Source: Lingula anatina
Taxonomy: Eukaryota; Animalia; Brachiopoda
Direction of reading: 5' to 3'
DNA: 64,000 nt
Assembly: GCA_051362555.1 (NCBI GenBank)
Contig: CM120640.1
Span: 930,001-994,000 of the forward strand
Part shown: positions 36,853 through 53,599 of the stretch, piece after piece
Layout: the number at the start of each line of letters is the position of its first letter
Numbering within the stretch: the stretch's first letter is position 1
The notes under the pieces: generated by a model
Database searches by the model: none
Seen by the model: the letters and a program-made list of their open reading frames with translations, nothing else
Told to the model about the DNA's origin: nothing
Program-made: the position numbers and the translations under genes

Positions 36853-38765
36853 ATACCTGGTACGTGCAGTACAAAAACTGTATCTGTGGACATTAGATGT
36901 TGAAGAGATTATTCAAATGACAAGTTAAGATTGCGTCCACTGCGCCTTGCTTTCCTTTTTTCAGTATGTTTAAGGGGATAACAGCTCTTCGTATGTAATC
37001 CAAGGAAAGGGGTAACTTGAATCCTTGTTAATACCCCTTGGTAGATCTTCTTATGGGCAAAAAGACTCCGCTCCACTGTGTTTGCAGGTCAGAGAAGACT
37101 CGTACAATATAACGAATAGCCTAGGCAATAAAGATAACTATTAGTATCACATCGGGTGAGAAACGGGTCATATACATCTATCGCTGCGCAGTCCGCCGCT
37201 GAGATCAAGTAATTATTATCTCTTGATCTTTTTAATATAATTTTTTTATTGAATAATATTTTACAATATAAGACTCAACACAGAGTTGAAATTAAGTCAC
37301 TGGCACTGTTCACAAAGTTATATTCACTTAGGTTTTTTTCAATTATTCTAGGGACATTTAGTTTCAAATGGTTTAAGAAAAATGCCTACTTTATTTTATG
37401 TTTTTATTGGTTTTATTGGTGTTATTTAGGTGGTTATATCAATCAATATTAATGACTCCTGTGTTGACACACTTAAGCGAGATTTTGCTGCCAACCGGCA
37501 TGTAAGGATGAAGCACACCATTAAAATATGAAACATAATGTATTTAAAGTCTCTGAATGATTCTGTGAGAAAACATAGACATATCTGTAAATATCTTGTG
37601 AAATATCAATCTGTCACCCTGGTGGAGGGTAGGGTATTGCAATCAAGGTCACTGCTTTATGAAATTACATTAAAGGCACTGCTATTATAAATCAACTTCA
37701 AGATCTTTGGCATAGGATGATACGTGTTTAGAATGCAATTCAAAATAAATATGTCTCAATATAACATGTACATCTATGCAGACTTTTCATCAGAGCAATA
37801 CTATGTGACAATGGATGTTTTAGTCGAGGTAAGTGTTTTGTGGTGAAGGCATTTAACAATTTATCTATTGGTCTTTTTTTTAAATATTCTTGACAATAAA
37901 ATCTCAATAATATACTACTACTACTACTGCTACTACTAAAATAATAATAATAATATCCAATCTATTTTGAATGCATTTTGCCAACCTTGCTGACAATCAC
38001 ATTGCAAAAGTATTGTCTACGTCATTTTATAGTGCTAATGAATAATTGCTGATTGCACGACGTTGCAATTTACATTATGGCTGATGCTCGGTCGCATTTA
38101 GTTTAATGGCTATGACTTCTCTTAATGTTTATTTTCGCACGTACCTAGCACGTAGATAGCAACTTGCGTTTTACGGCTACACAATTTAATGTAATATAAT
38201 GGGAGCAATTTATTGGCGCAATATACCTCAAAAGTTAACTTCATCTTATTCAATTATAAATTGAAATATAAGTTCACTGGGCCATCATATATCTCCATAT
38301 ATCTCAATTTTTTTGTTTCTAAATTTCCACGTTTAATTACGATAGAAATGTTATGTTAATTTGATACACCGCTAGCCTGTACATCATGACGATTTCGTTT
38401 GATATATAATCAGTGCAATGACAATAACTGAATGCACATTTAGTGGCAAAAAATTGCTACATGAGTGAAAACCATTTTGATTAGTTGAATTTAATTTTAT
38501 TTTGAATATTATTTGGATCTTTGTGAATAACTGGAGCAAAAACATTCAACTCTTGTTGACACTTCCATAAAAATTTTCCAACATGTGGCCAAAATAACGC
38601 AAACTAAGTACAATAACACTTTCAGTTCAGCTTGCTCTATATATGTTTTCCCTTTGAGTGTGGTTGCCAAATATTAATAGTCATCGTCCATGCATTAGCT
38701 GTGGCTTGTCGTGGTTTGGATTCAGTTACTAAGGCTTTTTGGTTGTTTTACTGTATAAACTGTAT

Positions 38766-39002
38766 CTATCGTTTTGGTACTTCTGGTTCCACAGGTGTAC
38801 TTGAACAATAACATTTTTTGTAGGGTCTACCGTTGGAGTAAAATGTGGGCCCTCCGCAAGAGCCGGAACACCACGCACTTTTACACAATCCGCTCTCCAT
38901 ATCATAATAACACGGTGGCGGAATGGCATATGTGACAGCGGACATGAGGCACACCGTCAGCAGAACTGTCAGCAAGACAAGTAGAGCCGCGCGTTCCTTC
39001 AT
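38766..39002 (-). CDS. Secreted 6-Cys peptide, subfamily B
   Basis: MKERAALLVLLTVLLTVCLMSAVTYA + IPPPCYYDMESGLCKSAWCSGSCGGPTFYSNGRPYKKCYCSSTPVEPEVPKR. Confidence 0.85.
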   Translation of the reverse strand: MKERAALLVLLTVLLTVCLMSAVTYAIPPPCYYDMESGLCKSAWCSGSCGGPTFYSNGRPYKKCYCSSTPVEPEVPKR

Positions 39003-39998
39003 TATCAGACCTGTAATATGAATATGTAACGGCTGTTTAAATGAAGGGTTTTTTTAATGCATTTGGGATTTCTTTACTTGTTGAAGGATTTATCTTCAGT
39101 TGAACTTTTATTTTTCTAAAGGGGTTTTAAAAATATAGCTAATGTACATGTATTTCGTAAAGCTTACCTTTATGAATAGCTCAAATTAAAGTGTCTCCTT
39201 AAGCTGTTGTCTTGGAACGCCTTCTTATAGCAACTTCGATGTATCTGTAAAACTATATCACGTCTACCATATATATATATGCAGAAACTGATAACTGGTT
39301 GAATTACTACAAACTAATATGCATTGACATAAGATAAATAGTACTTACTCTGTCTTGGGCAGTGAAGTAGTACAGTAAGAGTTTTTAAAAGTACATAACT
39401 TCACATGGCAAGATATTTTATCATCTCCTCAGAAGCATCCATGCATTGCTTACTTCTATAGATTGTGGCCATAATATTCTGTATTTATTCGAGTTGTTTC
39501 GAAATATCACCTTAAGGGGGTTATTAAAAACCATGGGATCTTGTTTAAAACGGAATTAGTTCTACTTGCACGCACCGCTAGAGCGGGTGCATGGTAAGAG
39601 TGCTGTTAATACAACTGTTGCCATGTGAATGTCTGCATGTTCGTCTCTGAAATAGTCCAGACACGTAGAGACAGGCTCTCTGATTTTATTGTAAAAATGT
39701 TCGGAATTAGTTCCACAGCTCAATAGCAATTAAAAGAACAGTGGAAAACCGTGGAAACAATTATAATCGACCATATCTATTCAACTCGACAATAAATTAC
39801 ATGTACATTACGACAATTGAAGAATGTATTTTGCATTCTTTTTTATGTTTGAGGATTCTCACTTAAAACAATATAAATTTATAATGGGCAAAGATAAAAA
39901 AGATCCAATTATCTGTATCTCAGACCCTCGTGTTTGTTGAGGGTAGGTTGTTAGGTTCGCTCATGGATGGCCTCTTGGGCTTTTCCGTATTTATTTAA

Positions 39999-40317
39999 AA
40001 GGGATAACAACTTCATTTTGGCCAAAAATTAATTTTCCTGGGGTAAAGGACAATTTTCTCATACTTCCCAATTGTTAATGAATCCATTCCCACATTCAAA
40101 CTTAGTCCCTGTTTTTTTCTTAAAAGTTTGTTTTTTTTTTGTAATATTCTCTTAAGAGATTATTACAGAGGTGTAGCCATCTATGGCAAGCACAAATTCC
40201 AGAATAAATGCGTTAACTGCCGTTTTGTTGGTAAAACAGATTTTATTATATTTCTGTGAGTTGTTTGCAATGTATTTATAGTGAAATATGGATATATTGC
40301 AAACAGATGTTGGCCCT
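39999..40317 (+). mobile_element. Kolobok-like TTAA MITE
   Basis: TTAA on both sides; empty site visible in the paralogue at ~31020-31035. Confidence 0.65.
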
Positions 40318-40997
40318 TTAAACCATGGTGACTGGGAAACTTTCCCGTTTCAGCTTTGGGCTGATCTACCTTAAAACAACATTTCAGCAAGACCAGAGGC
40401 CGTCATAGGACCACAAGTAGTAATGGCCACTTTGAAAAAGTTTACAAAGTACCATGATGATTATGTTGTCTTCCAGCCATGTTACTTCAACCCCTTTAAT
40501 TGGGGCGGGGCCAAGGCACATTGCAAGGATTTCAACCAGATGACCGACAGCGAGCTTCAGAGTTGTAAAGAACACTTCCCTAATGCTTACACTATCACTT
40601 AGTCCTGGGGGAGCGGTAGCAAAAATGTGTGATGATCTTAAAAGGTTTCACAGAAATTGTAAATTACTGATAGTGTGAAATATTCGGATAAAATCACGTA
40701 TAGAGTATCAAGTTCCATTTTGAAGTACATTTTTTCATTTTGATTGTGACTGGGAGATAGGGCACCTTGTCCCTAGATATTATAAGGAATTACTTACCGT
40801 GGCATGTTCATTCTTTTCTAGCCACTAATAGGTGTGTTAAAATTTGCTAAAACTTATAAGAATGATGTGAATTTTTCTTCAGTCAACAGCTAATATTGAG
40901 ATAGGTTTTACCTCCAATATTTCGATGTCTATCAGGACATCTTCTTCAGGGATTCCACCCAAATTATTAGCTCATTTATTGCTTAATAAGCCGTTAA

Positions 40998-41334
40998 AGG
41001 GATAATAACTCTTCGTTTTGGCCAAAAACTGAATTTTCCTGGAGTAAACAACAAATTTCCCGTACTTACCAATGGTTAATGAATCCATTTTACATTCAAA
41101 GTGAGTCACTGTTTTTTTTTTCTAAAAAGTTTGTTTTTGGTTATAATCTCTTAAGAGATTATTACAGAGTATAGCCATCAACGGAGGTCACGTGGTCTAA
41201 AGACAAACTCAGATATCAGAATAATAGCTATAACTGCTGTTTTTCTGGTACTACAGCATATATAATATTTCTATGAGTTGTTCACAATGTTTTTATTGTT
41301 GAATATTGATCTCGTACGAAGAGTTATTATCCCT
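40998..41334 (+). mobile_element. Kolobok-like TTAA MITE
   Basis: TIR agggataataactcttcg / cgaagagttattatccct with TTAA TSD. Confidence 0.8.
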
Positions 41335-42036
41335 TTAAAGTACTGTTGGAAACGCTGATTATAATTGCACTGCTTCGTGAAAATAAAATTTTCGAGGTTA
41401 ACAAGTACCAAAAACGGCGGCTACACATTTAAATGTAATGTGAGAGATTGTTTAGCGAACCCGTCATGAAAAAGAATTATTCTCACTTCGTAATTTTCTC
41501 TTAATGCTAATTATCGACTTCTTCTTATTCATTAATAAATTAAAATAATGTAACCGCAAACGCACGAGCTGGGCCATCATCACATCGTTTGTAGTTCTGT
41601 TGACAATTAATATCCACATATCTCAGTTATTTTCGTCCGTGCAAGATCTAAATTTTCACGATTAATTACGACAAAAAATTTATGTTAATTTGATACACTC
41701 CTAGCGTATGTTTCATCATGACTATTTCGTTTGATATCATTGCAATGACAGTGCCTTACTGCAAATTTAGTGACAAAATAATGGCTACATAAGTCAAATC
41801 ATCTTGACAAGCAGAATTTTATTTCGATGGTTGTGTATGACGTTTACATAATTTTTTCCAGATTTTTCAAGTTTTTTTCCAGATTACCAAATTTACGGCA
41901 TACTCTCCTTGCAGTAAGTTCAAAAATATAAGTCTACATGTTTTCTCTTGGGGAGAGTGGTTGCCAACGTCGTCCATGCATTAACTGTGGTTTGGATTCA
42001 GTAACTTAGGATTTGGGGTTGTTTTATATGCTGCTT

Positions 42037-42273
42037 CTAGCGTTTAGGTACTTCTGGTTCCAAAGGTGTATGTGAACAAGTGCATCTTTTGTAGGGTCTA
42101 CCATTGGAGTAAAATGTGGGCCCTCCGCAAGTGCCAGAACACCACGCACTTTTACACAATCCGCTCTGCGTATCATAATAACACGCTGGCTGATCTGCAT
42201 CTGTGACAGCGGACATGAGGCAGACCGTTACCAGAACCGTCAGCAAGACAGGTTGAGCCGCGCGTGCCTTCAT
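42037..42273 (-). CDS. Secreted 6-Cys peptide, subfamily B
   Basis: MKARAAQPVLLTVLVTVCLMSAVTDA + DQPACYYDTQSGLCKSAWCSGTCGGPTFYSNGRPYKRCTCSHTPLEPEVPKR. Confidence 0.85.
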   Translation of the reverse strand: MKARAAQPVLLTVLVTVCLMSAVTDADQPACYYDTQSGLCKSAWCSGTCGGPTFYSNGRPYKRCTCSHTPLEPEVPKR

Positions 42274-43808
42274 TATCAAACCTGTAATATGAACATGTAA
42301 CTTTTATTTTTAAATTAAAAAATGTTTAATATATTCATCTACAATACAATACAATAAATTTCATTTTATGTCGGGTATAAATTGGAAGGAAACATTAGCT
42401 TTGCAGCTATTCACCGACTGGGTAAGGACAAACATTTCTACAATAATGCAATATTTACACACGAAATCTACTAAGATAGTAAATGAAAATGCATTAGGGA
42501 TTTCTTTTCTTATTGAACAACTTTCCTTCAGTTAAGCTATAAACTCAGCTTAAGCTAAAAAATCAGCGAATCCCAATTTTCTAGCTAATATTTTTGCTAA
42601 ATCTTACCCGTTATGAGTAAATCAAATTATAATGACTGCTTTTAAGCTCTTCTTTTGGTTACGCCTTGTTACAGCTACTTCAGGCTCTCTGAAGAACGAG
42701 ATCACATCTACCCCATTTATGTGCCAAAAACTGAAAACTGGTTTATTCGCCCCTAAATTACACACGTTTCCAAAAGATTGATAGCACTTACCTGGTCTAG
42801 GGCAGTAAATTAGTGCTTTTTAGATGTTTTTAGGTGTACGTAACAACTTCCCAACTTGACAAGAAAGTTGATAGGTTTACATGATAACTTTCCAACTTGA
42901 CAAGAAAGCTGATACCCCCTCTGGAGCATTCGTGTATTAATTGGTACAATACCTTTGACCTGGTTGGATAAATATGATGTCATAATGGCAAAAACTCATA
43001 AAATTACTGAATGATAAGAATAAGCTAGAGCACTGATGGACATTAGAAACCAAGATAAAATTCAGCTATATAATTCCAATTTATTTAAACGACTTAAAAA
43101 AATTAAAAACTTTTAAAAAAGTTTTAAAAAGTTTACGTGGCAGCTAGTTTTGAAGCTTGTTTAATGTCCTTGTGATAACATTACCCATTGAACGTTTGGT
43201 CTTGGATCAATTATAAATATATAGTGTAAATAATTAAAATATTGCAGAAGGTGGGGTGTTTGCAATCAGTGGGTATTAGTATGCGTGTCATTTTGATAAA
43301 CACTTAAAATATCTGCTGTACACGTGCCTGGTAACATAAACGTTTAAAATCCTTCACCTCTACTTTTCTACAGATAAATCTCATTGTTAATGTTCATTTG
43401 ATTTGTATTGATATTTCAGGTGGATAATTACGGCCACTCCTGTTTGGTGAAGGTATTTTATTTACCACCACATGGGCTTATGGCGCTTATCACGTGTTCT
43501 TGTTGTTCTGAGTTAGAATATTAGCAAATATCAAGGCTATTTTCATAACGTTAAAAACAGGATTTTTTCTGTGGACAAACCAAGTCCACAAAGCTATAAT
43601 TACCCCTCCTAACCAAAACTTAATTCTGCATTTGAGAAAAGTACCGTCTGTCTCAACTGTCGCATTTATACTTGCATTTCCCAAGTTGAGGCCCACTACA
43701 CATTTCTAGAGTTCAGTATCTGCGTTATCAGCCCAGAGCGAGGCTGGGTACTGTCTCTTGAGGAACACATGTCCCTTATATTAGTGGGTCTTGTTGAACC
43801 AGCAGCAT

Positions 43809-44016
43809 CAGGGGCGGATCCAGGATTTTTTGAAAGGGGGGCCCGGTGAAGGGCCCGAAAAATATTGGCGTTCTAAAGGGCGAACGGTGCCATTTGGTAC
43901 GGTTTATAACTATGATTCAGCTAGTCAAAATTGTGATTTCAAGATGGAACCATTGGTGTGATTTTTTCAGAAATCGAGGACCCCCCTGACCCCCCCCCCC
44001 CCTCAATCCGCCACTG
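43809..44016. mobile_element. CAGGGGCGGAT...ATCCGCCACTG MITE (hAT5-like, 5-bp TSD AGCAT)
   Basis: Terminal inverted repeats and AGCAT on both sides. Internal segment shared with 362-400 and 10811-10930. Confidence 0.65.
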
Positions 44017-45638
44017 AGCATAGGAATTACCACTACCACTACAAAAATACGAATAGAACTATACCCACTAGTAAAAAAGTGTCCGCCCTAACAAAATGCA
44101 TACAGTGATACAGAAAATCAAGTCATGAACCAATGTTCTTTGTTCAACCTCAAAAGGGAATTTACTTAATGTACCCCCAATGTATAGACTAACCACCGTA
44201 AAAAACCAAAGCCATATTTTAGTATTGGGGGACGCACCTGTCGTGTCTGTGCGTGGAGTTAAAAAGTTCTGTATCCTCTGCACAGTGATGGTGTTTCACA
44301 TGCGTTGCAAAGATAGTATGGGTATTTATTTATTTATTATTATTATTTTATTTTTTTTTTTTTTTGCAGAGTTATCCCTCAGTTAACCATTTCCGAAGAT
44401 ATCCTACACATTCTTCAAAAAGTTTTCTGGTCTGGATCGGGCTAATGTGATGTATAAAGCATTCAGCATTCCAAATTTTTGTCACATTTTTAAAATAAAA
44501 AATAGTTTGATAAAAAAACGCGCATGGCATTTCATCGAAATTTAAACTCATTTTAATTATACTCAAAATACGCCGATTTTGCAATCTTAGTTTTTATACT
44601 ATTAACTGAAAGCTTGAAAAATATCATAACCGTCAATCAAAACAGTGTATTCATTACATAAGATGACAGATGAGAACAGAAATGCACAGTCGCCTTTTTA
44701 TTTCACCGAAAATCCCAAAGTTTGGAAGCACCATGGGGAGAAGGCTTGAATCCGGGCCAAGCTTACAATTCAGAATATCCAAGTAAAATGTAAGACCCAG
44801 TATTAGATTTAATTTCGTTATTATTTTACTTCAATGGTTATCGAACATTGTAACAAATAATCAGTGAAATGTTCAAGTGCTGTACAGAGTACAACGCATG
44901 TCCGCTACGCTGGCTATGTATACCATTTTTAAATTTTAAAAATAGACTTTTTTATCCCCGGTCAAAGTAGACAAGAATTCGGGTCTTAAATCTTTTTAAA
45001 GAACTAAAAGTCTAACGTTCGGTTTAAAGCTGCTTTACAAAGCTTTACCGTGGAAGTGGGTACAGGTTAAAAAGTCGTAGCCGCCATATGACCTGAGACG
45101 TACGGAGTGTTGCCTGAATGAGGTCACACATGAATCGTGATCGCTAGCGGCACGCAGCCATCAAAACCCGTCATCTAGAATGCACTGCCTGATGTCAAGG
45201 CACGGGGTTGCGTGGTTTTACCTAGCTTACGGGGTTGACACTGATCCTGTGGAATGTTTCTATTTCCTTTGCAAGATAGCTGCATGCACGCACGCTTAAG
45301 ATCAATTTTAATAACGCGTTGCATATATTTTTGTGTGTCCCAGTGCATTTTAAGTTATTTTAACCTGCAAGGAATGCATGCATAGCACTTTGTTTGAATT
45401 GTGGTTCAGAAGTTAAAGCTGGTGCCTAAGGGTTTGAAACACGACAGCGTGATGTTTGATAGCACTACGTGAACCAGGTGCCGTTGGTGCCTTTATGATG
45501 TCTTTTTCTTAAGGTCACAGAAATCGGGTCAATTTAAATCGGGAATGACCTGGGGAAATATTTCAGTCGATGCACGCAAGTCTCATATCCGCAGCATATC
45601 GTGATCCAAAGAAGACTTGTACAGACAGCAACTACAGA

Positions 45639-49561
<3,923 letters not shown>

Positions 49562-51419
49562 TTTTCACCTTTCTAAAGTTTTACCAATGCTTTGTATCTA
49601 TTTACACGTTTCTTTATTAACATAATATTTTTAATCGTTGCTTTAAGGCAAACTATGCATATTGCATTTTTTTACAGTTGCTATATAATAGCCTTTAACA
49701 TCAACATTCCTGCGGGGAATTCCATATATTTATCCTTTAAAGTCTGGAGAAAGATATATGTAAGAAATATGCACATCTATTGGTATGAGTAGAATGAACA
49801 ATCGACATCTTCTAACGTCGGTGACGGACGTTTTATAATTGTATGCACAATCTTACCCTTCCAACACAAGCTGCCTCATTTAAGACATTCCTTTTGCGCT
49901 TTTAATTGATGCGAATTTCGCGTGTCGACTGTTATTTGTCATTATATGCCTATTATGCAATTTAACTGATATTGTGCACGGTCATTCATCGTGAAGGCTG
50001 TGCTAGTTTTAGATAAAGCTTTGTGTAATTGAGAAAGCAACAGAACTAGAATATTTTTATTGCATTTTGTTATAAATCATGTGACATGCAAGTGGAAAGG
50101 GACAAGTCAGACACTATGGGACCGTTCACCATGACTTTTGTCGACGTAGCTTCATGTAATGCGCACAACAGTAAATTTACGAGACTTGCTGAATACAATC
50201 AGATTAAAAGATTAATACACCTCCTCCTGGCGTTGAGATGAATATAGAAAAACTGGCTATTATACAAGTACAAGGTACAGATACGTCTCATACGTTTTAA
50301 GCCACCTCAGGCCAAACAATGAAGCACTTCATGTATGTTAGAGAGCATGAATGTCATTGAGAGACCATTACTGGATTCCTTTCATGTAGGTCTGCCATAT
50401 TTAGGTCTCAGCCTTGCTAGACCTCGGCTCTTCTCGATGTGAATGCTCTCTTACAGTACATGATGTTTCATCATCATCTTTACATGTCAGGAAGCCCCGC
50501 GGGACTTGTGATTGTCATTACAGAACTTGTTTCCATTGTTGGGATAAATCCTTATCAAATCCTCACATTTCGTAACACATTCACATCATATGGCGTCACC
50601 CCGTGGTAATTTCAGATTACGATTTGTGTAGAACAAACAGAACATGAAAAGTTTTTTGGGGTGATTCACACGCTGACAGAATATTACTGTAGTTCAAACG
50701 AAAACCAGTTTTAGTTAGATTCGAGAACAGTACGAGGTCACAGATTACCAGTCGTTGACCTTACAGAGTAAATAAATCCCCCAGTCATGTTACAACAGAT
50801 TATGCTTTCAGGGGTATGAGCAGACGATTTGTTAACAAAAGAGATTATACTGAGTATAAAGCCGGGTACATCTGTAGGCTACACATCTGTAGGCTAACGT
50901 GAATAGGAGACTGACAGGCTGTACTTAACCTCTGATATCACGGGCTTCTTAACTACATGTAGGTTACACAATTATAGTACCGTGTATATGCCATACATAG
51001 TTTTCTCATGGACTACCAGCGCACCCTATGGCCAGCGTATAATATATACTTATTAATTAGACGCCGTGTCTTGGGATTAAACTCTGTTTCTTACTTAAAC
51101 GAGCATAAGTGTTAAGAGGGAGTTGGACACGACTCGCATGAACAAAGATGTACAGCTGCACTGGGTAATGCACATATATTTATATTGTACAAGTTAAGAC
51201 ACCTGGGTTGGAATGGAGAGGTCCTTCATAGTCTTTGCATATTTTCAGTCAATTATCTTTACTATTACAAATCATTGACTTGTTAAAAGAGCACATTCTG
51301 AAAGACGCGGAAGGTATTTATGTAGCCAAATGTTCACAAGCACAACGAAGCTCTGTTTTTGCTCCAAATTAAGTAGGATAAGTCCATATGACTGAAATTG
51401 TCATTTATTAATGACGAAA

Positions 51420-51985
51420 ACTAATAAGATACAAAGTTACAAAACCGGGGAGATAATAAACATCCCCCAAACTATATAAGTGCTAAATATAAAAATAATA
51501 AAGTATGTTAATGAAATGTAACCAGGATTAATTATGAAAAATATGATAAATCACAACAGCTATAGGAGACCGGGGAGATAATAAACATCCCCCAAACTAT
51601 ATAAGTGCTAAATATAAAAATAATAAAGTATGTTAATGAAATGTAACCAGGATTAATTATGAAAAATATGATAAATCACAACAGCTATAGGAGCAAAAAG
51701 TTGGCGCAAATGAAAATAAAAGGATTAAAACTAATAAGATACAAAGTTACAAAACCGGGGAGATAATACACATCCCCGAAACTATATAAGTGCTAAATAT
51801 AAAAATAATAAAGTATGTTAATGAAATGTAACCAGGATTAATTATGAAAAATATGAGAAATCACAACAGCTATAGTGGCAAAAAGTTGGCGCAAATGAAA
51901 ATAAAAGGGTTATGAAAAATATGAGAAATCACAACAGCTATAGGAGCAAAAAGTTGGCGCAAATGGTTGGCGCAAATGAAAAGAA
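51420..51985. repeat. Tandem partial reiterations (~125-155 bp) of the Ngaro terminal repeat
   Basis: 'accggggagataataaacatcccccaaactatataag...' occurs three times, plus shorter repeats. Confidence 0.85.
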
Positions 51986-53375
51986 AAGGCAAAAGGCACA
52001 TTCCAAAGCCGGCCTAGGCTGAGAGCGAGCTACGCAACCCCTACCTTTTTAGGACGGGGACGTAGGTTTCCTCATTGCTCTGACAGCCCAATCATAGAGT
52101 TGTCTCTCTTGGCCTACGTACTGCCTCATATGCCCTGCATAGTACATTTACCTAACTATAGTTTTAAAGTAATAATCTCACATGTATGATATATATCAAT
52201 AAACAAATGATAACCAGATAATCTGAAATGACTAATTAATGTGCCAAATGAGTTATAGCTAACAAGCATAAATACAACCATGTTACATTGAGCCAATGCT
52301 CAAATCTGCTTCATTAGTCATGGAAAGAGAAAAAAAAAATATGGGGGGGGGGGGTTGAATAAGTTTACCAAACAACACCTCAAAATTTTTACTCCTGAAT
52401 AATGCACTTCTTAATGTTGTGAATTTTACGAGAAAAGTGAGGGAGAGCATTAACTGTCTCCTGAATAAGTGAACTCATATGCCTCTGATTAGCAGGCCTA
52501 CCAGAGGCAAAGTGGCACTGTCCAAATAGGTGCCCCCTTAATTATGTCACACAGGTGCCGCTTGAAAGTAAATAAGTCTAAGTGTTAACAACACCACAAG
52601 GATGAAGGCAGGTGGTAGGGGAGGGTGGAGGGTGTACAAATAACAATAAAGAAACGTAAGTAATAATACAGTGTAGCTGCTAAAACTGCGGGTAAATATA
52701 TTCGCAGCTACAAAGCTGAATGACTTCTAACTGAATGCAGCTCGATGGAATTAATCTCCAAAACATCTTTCATTGAATATACTTGTGTGTGCCTTGATAC
52801 ACAGCAGCTAAGACATTCCTTAACCCTGGACATCTGTTAACACCTTGTCTTGGTCAATTACTTAAGGTCAAAATGTGCAGACACAAGACCCAAACAAAAC
52901 GTTGATGTATTACCAAAAAGTTAATAGCACCACTAAAACAAACCATTTGCTACATAAATACAATTAATTCTCTTAATTGTAGTTTTATGTAGCCAAATGT
53001 TCACAAGCACAACGAAGCTCTGTTTTTGCTCCAAATTAAGTAGGATAAGTCCATATGACTGAAATTGTCATTTATTAATGACGAAAACTAATAAGATACA
53101 AAGTTACAAAACCGGGGAGATAATAAACATCCCCCAAACTATATAAGTGCTAAATATAAAAATAATAAAGTATGTTAATGAAATGTAACCAGGATTAATT
53201 ATGAAAAATATGATAAATCACAACAGCTATAGGAGCAAAAAGTTGGCGCAAATGAAAATAAAAGGCCATATGATGTGAGAGAAGCTCACATCCCCGCCAA
53301 CCGAGGAGAGCTTGTGAAAAAAAAAATGGAATGATAAACAACATCTGACATTATATCTGAATCCTATGTGCTACT

Positions 53376-53464
<89 letters not shown>

Positions 53465-53568
53465 ATGAAGAACTAGCTACAGGTGAATGAGGGATAGGAA
53501 GAGAAACTGGCAACCATGAATAAAATTAAGGGAGCCTAATAAGGCAGTAAAATGGTGATCCCACCCTG

Positions 53569-53599
<31 letters not shown>

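Noticed and set aside
40334-40346. kB-like palindrome GGGAAACTTTCCC
   Set aside because: Single occurrence, not conserved upstream of the other peptide paralogues.
39999-41334. Two direct repeats as the LTRs/LTDRs of one composite element
   Set aside because: Each copy has its own TIRs and TTAA flanks and they are clearly diverged; more likely independent insertions.
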